A stretch of DNA of 64,000 nucleotides, taken from sequence record ON286973; one strand, written 5' to 3'. Shown here piece by piece: positions 54,633 through 62,060 of the stretch. The notes below the pieces were generated by a model. The model was not told where the DNA came from, did not search any database, and worked only from the letters and a program-made list of their open reading frames with translations. The position numbers and the translations under genes were made by a program. Positions within the stretch are counted from its first letter, which is position 1. Each line of letters begins with the position of its first letter. Source of the stretch: Escherichia phage A51.2.

Positions 54633-54864
54633 CCTCCTTTGGGAACTTGAACTCTGGCATAGCCATATACGCTACAACAGGGTTGTGATCAAAGTAGAAC
54701 TGACCGTTAATTATCCCGGTTTTGTCCACATAGTTACCAGATCCTGCAAGAACAACCTCGCAAGCTCCGAAATCTACATTGCCATCCTCATCAGCCATGG
54801 CTACGATATACTTTCCAAGAGGCATGTTTTTAACGCCGTCTACAAATGTCCACCCTTTGCTCAT
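54619..54864 (-). CDS. Hypothetical protein
   Basis: ORF. Confidence 0.4.
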   Translation of the reverse strand: MSKGWTFVDGVKNMPLGKYIVAMADEDGNVDFGACEVVLAGSGNYVDKTGIINGQFYFDHNPVVAYMAMPEFKFPKEGADV

Positions 54865-54884
54865 ACTTTATCTCCTGCGCTTTC

Positions 54885-55217
54885 TTAAGGTAACCAGTAA
54901 ACAATCTCGCCTTTCAGCTTCATGTCGTTTCCAACATAAATTTCCCAGCCATCCATCTTAGCAACTGTAGGCCCAAAGTCATCCGCACCCCTTACCTCTT
55001 TCCAGGCTCCGTAGTCAGGTTGCCAGATATAGAATCCACCTTCTTTGTCCCATGCTCCGTACACTACGTTTAACAGGTTTCCCATTGCAACAATGGTGGG
55101 CCGTGGGAATAATACATCTACAGATGCGCCACAATTTCGAGTATCTTTTAAGTTGCAATCCCAAAAGATGTCTGCCAGTGTGGCGGCGATAGCTTTACGT
55201 CTTTCCAATGTTACCAT
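54885..55217 (-). CDS. Hypothetical protein
   Basis: ORF. Confidence 0.4.
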   Translation of the reverse strand: MVTLERRKAIAATLADIFWDCNLKDTRNCGASVDVLFPRPTIVAMGNLLNVVYGAWDKEGGFYIWQPDYGAWKEVRGADDFGPTVAKMDGWEIYVGNDMKLKGEIVYWLP

Positions 55218-55227
55218 GGCACGATAC

Positions 55228-55419
55228 TCACTTGTTGTTAATAAGTTCTAAAACTTTCTGTCTTACTTTGTCAAGGTCTGTTGATTCAAAAACTGTGCGA
55301 TATCCCCAACTTTGCCCATAAGAGTGACTGCAATCCCCGTAGCACCATTGCTCAATTTGATAGTATTCAAGGAACGGGTGCTGTCTAACTATGATACCAT
55401 CCCGGTTAAAAATTACCAT
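55228..55419 (-). CDS. Hypothetical protein
   Basis: ORF. Confidence 0.35.
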   Translation of the reverse strand: MVIFNRDGIIVRQHPFLEYYQIEQWCYGDCSHSYGQSWGYRTVFESTDLDKVRQKVLELINNK

Positions 55420-55482
55420 AATACATCACTCTCTGTTAGTTTATGCATATATTATACACTGCAGTTTTCAGATGTCAATCTT

Positions 55483-55734
55483 TTACAGGTTACTCCAGTA
55501 TAATCGGCATTTACATTTTGGGCAATGAGGTTCTTTTATGTAATAACCATCAGTCTTTGGAACACTTTTTGGTGCAGTTTTAAGATTGTACCTGGTAAAA
55601 CATCGGAAGCAGGTTACCTCTCCAACCTGTTGATCGTTGATCCACTCACCAGAGTAAAGCTCTTTCTTGTTTCTCATAATTCTCTCCCAAATCCTCTGCA
55701 ATCTTATACCAAAATCTCCAGCCAGAAAGCACAC
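55483..55734 (-). CDS. Small zinc-ribbon protein
   Basis: CFRCF ... CPKCKC cysteine pairs. Confidence 0.4.
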   Translation of the reverse strand: MCFLAGDFGIRLQRIWERIMRNKKELYSGEWINDQQVGEVTCFRCFTRYNLKTAPKSVPKTDGYYIKEPHCPKCKCRLYWSNL

Positions 55735-55928
55735 GGGAACACTTTGAGGATTGAATCTTTACTTGGCTCGGAAGTTCTTTTTCCGTATGGTAGGTAGAAA
55801 TACCCTCCTGCAGATTCGAATATAGCTCCTTCGGTTGTATCTACCACAGCAAGAATTAAGATTTTAGTCTCCACAGTGCTCTCCTCTCTTAGTTGTTGTG
55901 GAGACTATATCACCTCAGAAGATGGTCG

Positions 55929-56468
55929 TCAACACTTTTTGTACTCTACTACAACCACATCAATATCTGTGGTTGCAAGATTAATTACATCTTCTACATG
56001 TTCCCACTTTAGACCGCCAATACCGCATCCAATTTTAGGAATGTAGAACGGCAATGACACACCTTTGAATACCTCGTTGACTCGCTCAAAACCTTTCATG
56101 ATTGAGAAGTATTCAGCATTGGGCCCTGGGTAGAACTGGGTATACAGGTTGATTCCATATACGACCCTGTTCTTGGCAAAATGCTCCCAACAAGAAAACA
56201 TACCCAGCTTGTCTAGATTACCATAAGCAGTTTCTTTGTCGGCTGCCAGTGCTTGAGGGAACTCACGGGCAATATCTTTCGCTATACCTGCACCCATTGT
56301 GTGAAAGCAGTTACAACCGTGGATCATGTGGCCTGACCCTTTCTTGAAAATGGAGATTAGATCTCCACCTACAGTATCAATAATCACGGTATGCCAGCTC
56401 CTCTTCCGCAATTTCAAAAAACTCAGTCCAGCACTGTGGCATATTGGAGTTGCCGAAGTGGCTTTCAT
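55929..56468 (-). CDS. Macro-domain protein (DarG-like ADP-ribosyl hydrolase fold, putative)
   Basis: GDLISIF ... HMIHGCNCFHTMGAGIAKDIAREFP fits the macro-domain GD ... H-x-C-N ... G-x-G-(I/V)-A pattern; start uncertain (ATG 56468 or GTG 56486) and overlaps the upstream ORF by over 90 nt. Confidence 0.55.
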   Translation of the reverse strand: MKATSATPICHSAGLSFLKLRKRSWHTVIIDTVGGDLISIFKKGSGHMIHGCNCFHTMGAGIAKDIAREFPQALAADKETAYGNLDKLGMFSCWEHFAKNRVVYGINLYTQFYPGPNAEYFSIMKGFERVNEVFKGVSLPFYIPKIGCGIGGLKWEHVEDVINLATTDIDVVVVEYKKC

Positions 56469-56802
56469 AGTAAAGGTTCTCACCACTTGGAAGATAGAAA
56501 TCTGTTACCTCATAGAATCCACAATCGTCGCACTCACCTTCTTCAAACTTGGCCTCAACCTTAATACCGAGGAAGGTGAAAAGTTTATGGATATCTTCAG
56601 TTTCGAACTCCCAGTGAATGTTGTTTTCCGCATCGGTGTAGAACTGGATCAGCAGACCCTTGTCCAGTTTACCAAAATACTCTGTGAAGTAACTTCCTTC
56701 CCAGAAATCTTTATGACAAATAATATCCATGCGTTTGCCCATAATAATGGTGTGAGCGTTTTGGGCATCGTCACGAATCAGTTTTGGCATTTCATAGATC
56801 AT
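56377..56802 (-). CDS. Hypothetical acidic protein
   Basis: 141-aa ORF; 3' end overlaps the macro-domain ORF in another frame. Confidence 0.4.
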   Translation of the reverse strand: MIYEMPKLIRDDAQNAHTIIMGKRMDIICHKDFWEGSYFTEYFGKLDKGLLIQFYTDAENNIHWEFETEDIHKLFTFLGIKVEAKFEEGECDDCGFYEVTDFYLPSGENLYYESHFGNSNMPQCWTEFFEIAEEELAYRDY

Positions 56803-56870
56803 CTTAGTTCTCCTGGTTCAACAGGTGGTGGCGCTACAGGAAGATCATAAAACATAGCTATCACAGTCTC

Positions 56871-57068
56871 TTACACAGGAATTGCTTCAAACAGGCCGTT
56901 ATCTATACCGTCCTTCAGATAGAGATTATATTCTATGTCGGTATCTGTGTAAAGGGCAGCATCCAGCATTCTATCTGTGAGTCCATCCATTGGGTGGATA
57001 AACCACCACCCACGCCAGTCAAAGTAACAGCCTGGTGCATCTTCTCTTACACGGATTCGATAAATCAT
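56871..57068 (-). CDS. Hypothetical protein
   Basis: ORF. Confidence 0.35.
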   Translation of the reverse strand: MIYRIRVREDAPGCYFDWRGWWFIHPMDGLTDRMLDAALYTDTDIEYNLYLKDGIDNGLFEAIPV

Positions 57069-57164
57069 GGGCAGTGGCCTCCTGTTAGTTATACATCCCA
57101 GTTTTCTTCGTTCATCACGTCCTCCCGTTCTATGAAGTTATAATTGCACACCTTTCAATCTGTG

Positions 57165-57581
57165 TCAACAGAAAACTTCAACAAATTCTTCCACAGTTTT
57201 AATGTCGTGGGAAAAAGGTTTACGGCTATAACGGGCAATAGCACTATCAACCACCGCCCGGTACTCCAAATCTTCAGAATATTTCATGAAGCATTGTAGC
57301 GTCTCTGGACAGATAGCTAAATAGCTCCACCACCCCTCTTCAGATTGGTAGTCGAATCCCATACTATCCAACCATGAAGCATATACGCCTGCACCCTCAA
57401 GCCAGTGAGTATTTTCATCCAGAAACTTGTTAATAGACATGTGAGCTTCTAAGCATTTATCCAGCTCTTTTCCGTTAACCAGCCACGCACTGACCGTGGC
57501 GCATCCAAGGTCTACAGATTGAGTTGACAGGTTGTATTGGTCATAGTTCTCAGGCTTAACAATGATATCTTCTAATGTCAT
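57165..57581 (-). CDS. Hypothetical protein
   Basis: ORF. Confidence 0.4.
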   Translation of the reverse strand: MTLEDIIVKPENYDQYNLSTQSVDLGCATVSAWLVNGKELDKCLEAHMSINKFLDENTHWLEGAGVYASWLDSMGFDYQSEEGWWSYLAICPETLQCFMKYSEDLEYRAVVDSAIARYSRKPFSHDIKTVEEFVEVFC

Positions 57582-57643
57582 TTTTCAGATCTCCTTATAC
57601 AAAAATGCCCCACCCTTTCGGGCAGGGCTATGTTAACTAGATG

Positions 57644-58870
57644 TTAAAAAGGGATGTCATCATCAAAGGTATACTGTGCTGGATTCTGATCCATTGGGTC
57701 ATCTTCCTCATCATTTACAGGAGGAGCGTCTACAGTGTTTTGCTGTGGAGCTGCTTCCTGTTTGGCAGCCTGGGGTTCTTGATAGTCAGTTGACCCAGCA
57801 CCGTTCTTGATCCAATCGTACAACGGTTCAGCCAGATTAGTCAAGACATCTTTTGCTTCTGCAGTAATTGCCGCTGCAAAATCATCAACTTTCGTTTTCT
57901 TGTCAATACGGCGACAAGCGTTCAACACCGCATTACCGACACTGGCACCTACTTCATCTTCAGTTCGGTTGGTGGCTTGAGCATACTCTTTCTTAAGCTC
58001 AATGGTGACTACGTGCAGTGTTTTAGCCACGCCCAGTGGGTCGTCTACCTTAAACCCGCGATCCAGGATGATCTGCAACGCATTGATGCTATGCCCCGTT
58101 TCCACACCGATAGGGTCGTAAGAGGATTTACGCTTGCCACCGGAGCCTTGAGTGCCGTTCTCTGCCTTAGGGGGATAGGCTTTGAAACCGCTGATAATGT
58201 TTCCGGTGTCTTTGTCAACAATGGCTGCAACACGACCACCTACCACCAGGTCTTTAAGCTGCTCATCAGTTACAACCATAGCACCTTCGCCAATCTTGTG
58301 GTCATTAACAGTAACCACGTTGCCAACAATCTGAGTCACATCGCCATAGATGCGTAAAACGTCCTGATTGGCATTCTGCTGAGGTTTCTGCTTCTGGCCT
58401 TGTGATTGTGCACCTTGTTGCTGTTTTTGCTGCTGAGTCGCTGCTGGAGCCTCTCCTGCACCCAGCTTGACCATCTTAGCCAGTGAGCCTTTGTAATAGG
58501 TCTTACCGTTATGCTCGTTTGCCTTCAAAGGGATATTTACGATCCATCCCGGCGTTACGGTTTCCCACTTGTCATCAATTTTAACAGAGACAGAGTCTTG
58601 ATGACCAGGTTTAAGCAGCTTATCACCCATGCTGATCCAAACTTCTTCACCACCTTGAAGCAGGTTATCAGAGGAATCCAGTTCAGAAATCAGTAAAGAG
58701 ATGGTGTGGCTGGATTCAATTTTCTTACCTTGCCACACAGTGGTTTTAATACCTGTTGTAGGATCAGCACCTTTGATAGGCTTGATGCTGACACGTTTAA
58801 TCATGCCGTGAGCCAGTAAAACAGTTTCACGCGGATTCATCGGGTTAGCGAATTGTTGAATAACGCTCAT
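57644..58870 (-). CDS. SSB-like protein with canonical C-terminal acidic tip DDDIPF (putative ssDNA-binding protein)
   Basis: C-terminus ends ...AQYTFDDDIPF, matching the bacterial SSB tail; Gln-rich low-complexity linker mid-protein; AAGGAGA RBS. Confidence 0.5.
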   Translation of the reverse strand: MSVIQQFANPMNPRETVLLAHGMIKRVSIKPIKGADPTTGIKTTVWQGKKIESSHTISLLISELDSSDNLLQGGEEVWISMGDKLLKPGHQDSVSVKIDDKWETVTPGWIVNIPLKANEHNGKTYYKGSLAKMVKLGAGEAPAATQQQKQQQGAQSQGQKQKPQQNANQDVLRIYGDVTQIVGNVVTVNDHKIGEGAMVVTDEQLKDLVVGGRVAAIVDKDTGNIISGFKAYPPKAENGTQGSGGKRKSSYDPIGVETGHSINALQIILDRGFKVDDPLGVAKTLHVVTIELKKEYAQATNRTEDEVGASVGNAVLNACRRIDKKTKVDDFAAAITAEAKDVLTNLAEPLYDWIKNGAGSTDYQEPQAAKQEAAPQQNTVDAPPVNDEEDDPMDQNPAQYTFDDDIPF

Positions 58871-59235
58871 TATTTGTCTCCTTGTTCTTCGTTAGTGTTT
58901 GCCGTGTGTGCAAACCCTGCTTGAATTAATTTGTCCTGAACTTGAGCCAACAGCCCCATTGCAAAACTTGTGGTCCCAGAGAGGGCCATCAGCATATCTC
59001 GTTGTTGAGCTACCCAACCTAAGGCATAGTCCAAACGACGATATTTTTCTTCTTCACGCAGAGCTTGAAATAATTGTTCAGCCTCTGGTTGTTGTGTGAG
59101 CTCCTGAAGTCTTCCCATGAAAGAAGAAAGCACTAGCAGAAGAGACACTTGATCTTTACTTAACCCTAAGAAAAATTCTTGAGGTTGTTCTTGCTCGTTC
59201 ATCGCAACCGACGCTTGATCGTTCATTTGTTCCAT
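58870..59235 (-). CDS. Hypothetical protein
   Basis: ORF; stop overlaps the downstream start. Confidence 0.4.
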   Translation of the reverse strand: MEQMNDQASVAMNEQEQPQEFFLGLSKDQVSLLLVLSSFMGRLQELTQQPEAEQLFQALREEEKYRRLDYALGWVAQQRDMLMALSGTTSFAMGLLAQVQDKLIQAGFAHTANTNEEQGDK

Positions 59236-59318
59236 TATGGAATCTCCGATTTTATTTGAACAACATAGAAGGAGACACTATTTTAGCATCCCCTTCTGCA
59301 AATTACAATAGGTATTTG

Positions 59319-59564
59319 TTAGCCAATCACTTCGAAAGTTCCCCAATTCCCGTCCAGCAGGCAGGTGATCGGATCCCCATCGTCGTCAAAGATTTCAAAG
59401 TTTTCAGCATCCAGGATGTGGCCCTCAAACACAATACTTTCGTCGCCACCACCAGAAATAACAGCGTATTCCTTACCTTGAGTCAAGTTTTGACACCCTT
59501 TGCCACCAAAACCTACTTCAACACAACGTACTTTCTGTCCTGCGCGAGCAACTACTTCAGTCAT
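59319..59564 (-). CDS. Hypothetical protein
   Basis: ORF. Confidence 0.4.
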   Translation of the reverse strand: MTEVVARAGQKVRCVEVGFGGKGCQNLTQGKEYAVISGGGDESIVFEGHILDAENFEIFDDDGDPITCLLDGNWGTFEVIG

Positions 59565-59581
59565 CTTAAGGTCTCCTGATA

Positions 59582-59902
59582 TTAATCGTCAAGTTCAAAA
59601 TAGATTTTAACAGCTTCATCAAAGATTGGAATCCCGATGTTGTTAATAAGCTGCCAAACTACCATATCTTTACCTGGGTCGGGGAGAATGTCAACCTTTC
59701 TCCATGCGCTGTATATCCAGTTCGGACCACCTTCTGCACTAACTGGCAGATTTTCACCAGCCTCCTGCAGATACTTATACAGCAAAAGATATTCTGGATA
59801 CTCTAGAACACTGTCCTCTGTAGTATATAGCAGTTCACGGTATACTTTTAAGAACCCTGCGGGGGTGATGTTTTCAGTCTTCATTTGCTGCTTCTCCTGC
59901 AT
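59582..59902 (-). CDS. Hypothetical protein
   Basis: ORF; alternative start ATG 59884 has the better RBS (GGAGAAG). Confidence 0.4.
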   Translation of the reverse strand: MQEKQQMKTENITPAGFLKVYRELLYTTEDSVLEYPEYLLLYKYLQEAGENLPVSAEGGPNWIYSAWRKVDILPDPGKDMVVWQLINNIGIPIFDEAVKIYFELDD

Positions 59903-60263
59903 TCATCAGATCTGCCATAGCGTCACCCACGAAGAGAACAACCACATCGTTGACAGCGTCAGCATCATCTTTGTTGACGTTGCTGAATTTAGGACACACA
60001 GCAATGATCATATAGACACCGTTACCAACTTGAACTGTCCGTGTGGTGCACATCATGGCGGTATTTGTGCCTTCTTTGAAGGCGAAGCCTTGAAGACGCT
60101 CCTCTAAAGTGTTACCGGTAGATTTCAGAAGCGCCAGCTCGTCCAAGGCATAGATGATATCTCCGGAAGTTAGTGTTGCCTTGCCATCAGACACCATAAT
60201 CACTCCATCAGCACCATCAAGCTTAGAGGCTTCAAAGATATCGATATCCCAAATATTTTTCAT
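59874..60263 (-). CDS. Hypothetical protein
   Basis: ORF; ATGA overlap with the upstream gene. Confidence 0.4.
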   Translation of the reverse strand: MKNIWDIDIFEASKLDGADGVIMVSDGKATLTSGDIIYALDELALLKSTGNTLEERLQGFAFKEGTNTAMMCTTRTVQVGNGVYMIIAVCPKFSNVNKDDADAVNDVVVLFVGDAMADLMNAGEAANED

Positions 60264-60535
60264 CACGCTTCCTCATCATCTAAGTAATCATCAAGAGAGG
60301 TGAAGATTTCACCGAAGTATTCTAAGATTTCTAGCTCACGTGTGGTGCAGCAAACATAATCGCCTTGGTCGTCCTTAATAGTGGCCTCTTTACCCAGAAT
60401 ATCTACTTCAAGTTCATCGTTCAACAGGACGGCCCCTGTGTAAACTTTGTCAGCTGTGCAGTCCCGAAAAGCAGAGTCCTTCTCCAGATAGTCTGGCTTA
60501 ACCTTGGCTTTAATTCGTTGATATTGTTTGGTCAT
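60263..60535 (-). CDS. Small Cys-containing acidic protein, paralog of 60599..60853
   Basis: KPDYLEKDSAFRDCT ... IKDDQGDYVCCT versus KPECVENDRAFKDCT ... FKDDEGDSVWCT; start refined to ATG 60535. Confidence 0.45.
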   Translation of the reverse strand: MTKQYQRIKAKVKPDYLEKDSAFRDCTADKVYTGAVLLNDELEVDILGKEATIKDDQGDYVCCTTRELEILEYFGEIFTSLDDYLDDEEA

Positions 60536-60598
60536 TGCTGTGGTCCCCTTTCGTTTTGATAGGGCCATTATAGTAGGCCCTATGACTGTTGTCAAGCA

Positions 60599-60853
60599 TT
60601 AATGTTCAGGTTTTACAAAAACTACTTCATTAACAGTGCACCAGACAGAGTCTCCTTCATCATCTTTAAAGGTAAGGCACTGTGCTGAGTTTTCCAACTC
60701 ATCAAGCTCTTCCTGTGATAGAGGAGCTCCTTCTTCCAGAAGGGCTTTTACCAAAGGGTTCTCACAAAACTCTGCTTCATAAATTGCACCGATTGTGCAA
60801 TCTTTAAAAGCTCGGTCATTTTCAACGCATTCTGGCTTCAGAGTAATTTTCAT
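60599..60853 (-). CDS. Small Cys-containing acidic protein, paralog of 60263..60535
   Basis: See paralog; AAGGAGA RBS. Confidence 0.45.
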   Translation of the reverse strand: MKITLKPECVENDRAFKDCTIGAIYEAEFCENPLVKALLEEGAPLSQEELDELENSAQCLTFKDDEGDSVWCTVNEVVFVKPEH

Positions 60854-60929
60854 CTTAGCGGTCTCCTTAAGTGTTAAACAATCAACGCTCTGTTTGTGTG
60901 AAGCATCTTATATCTAATCTTACTTCCTG

Positions 60930-61301
60930 TCAACGACTATTTTCGATCATCCACCAAGGATCAAGATAAGTTTGTTGACTTTTTGCCCACTGACAAACTT
61001 CATTGTACATCTGAACCTCGTTGTCCGTCAATTCACGAATAGGTTCATCTATACCCTCATTTTTATGGTAATCCCATTCTGCGTCTATCTCCCACAGCCA
61101 TGACTTGTTGTCACCACGCTTACGCACACAAAAATCACCAGGGCGGCCTGCCAGTGCATTTAAGAACTCGTTCTCCGCTCGCTCCTGGAGAATACTAAGG
61201 AGCAAAACGTTGGAGCATGACCGTAAAATATGCTTCAGCTCACAATCATCAATCTCAACTTCAATACGTTGTTTGACTGTGTGGGTACCTTTTACTAACA
61301 T
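60930..61301 (-). CDS. Hypothetical protein
   Basis: ORF; start refined to ATG 61301 after GAGGAGG. Confidence 0.4.
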   Translation of the reverse strand: MLVKGTHTVKQRIEVEIDDCELKHILRSCSNVLLLSILQERAENEFLNALAGRPGDFCVRKRGDNKSWLWEIDAEWDYHKNEGIDEPIRELTDNEVQMYNEVCQWAKSQQTYLDPWWMIENSR

Positions 61302-61311
61302 CCTGCCTCCT

Positions 61312-61506
61312 CTAAACGAACTCTGCAAGAGTTGTGTTGTTCACTGCACCGCAGTAAATGGAGTATCCCAGCCCATTAGAGTGCAGAAACCACGGCGTGC
61401 CGAAATTATCTTTCACGTAGACATCACCGTTGTTTGTAAAGGGCCAATATTCTTCACCAAGGGTAAAATACCTATTCATACCTTCAGCAAGATACTTTAC
61501 TTTCAT
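61312..61506 (-). CDS. Hypothetical protein
   Basis: ORF. Confidence 0.4.
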   Translation of the reverse strand: MKVKYLAEGMNRYFTLGEEYWPFTNNGDVYVKDNFGTPWFLHSNGLGYSIYCGAVNNTTLAEFV

Positions 61507-61730
61507 AGGTCCTCTTCAACAACTACAAACTTGGCAAGCAAAGTGGTTCCGTAGATATGATACTCACCGTTTGCCAGGTGAGAGATATACCAGGCAACCC
61601 CTTCCTCGTCTTTAATCATTTTGTTTGCACGAGCTTTATCGTAATAAACCTCGTAGGTCTTTCCTTCTTTAAAGAATGACAGGTCTGTCATCTTTTCTTC
61701 TACAAAGGTAGCTTTAACCAAAGTCGTCAT
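61503..61730 (-). CDS. Hypothetical protein
   Basis: ORF; AAGGAGA RBS. Confidence 0.4.
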   Translation of the reverse strand: MTTLVKATFVEEKMTDLSFFKEGKTYEVYYDKARANKMIKDEEGVAWYISHLANGEYHIYGTTLLAKFVVVEEDL

Positions 61731-62011
61731 TGATCGGTCTCCTTCTTGTTAAGTCTGAATACTGCAATAATAGCATTCCCAAGGTGCAGTGTCAAGTCAT
61801 TTCCAAGATACCACAGCATCCCACGGTCATCTTTAATGAAAGGGTAACAATCTGGTGCCTTCCAGACATTGTACACTTTCCCAACCTGAAAGAAATCAGG
61901 CCCTGTTGGGATTTTGGTGCCAGGCCACACTTGAGATACCTGAACACACTCCACCTGCATAATAACAGGAATGGTCATGGATGTAAATGTTTTTGTTGGC
62001 TCTACTACCAT
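61727..62011 (-). CDS. Hypothetical protein
   Basis: ORF; start refined to ATG 62011 after AAAGAGGAGA. Confidence 0.4.
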   Translation of the reverse strand: MVVEPTKTFTSMTIPVIMQVECVQVSQVWPGTKIPTGPDFFQVGKVYNVWKAPDCYPFIKDDRGMLWYLGNDLTLHLGNAIIAVFRLNKKETDQ

Positions 62012-62060
62012 AAAAGTCTCCTCTTTGCTCAACAGCACCTCCCTGTGCTGATAGTTTACA

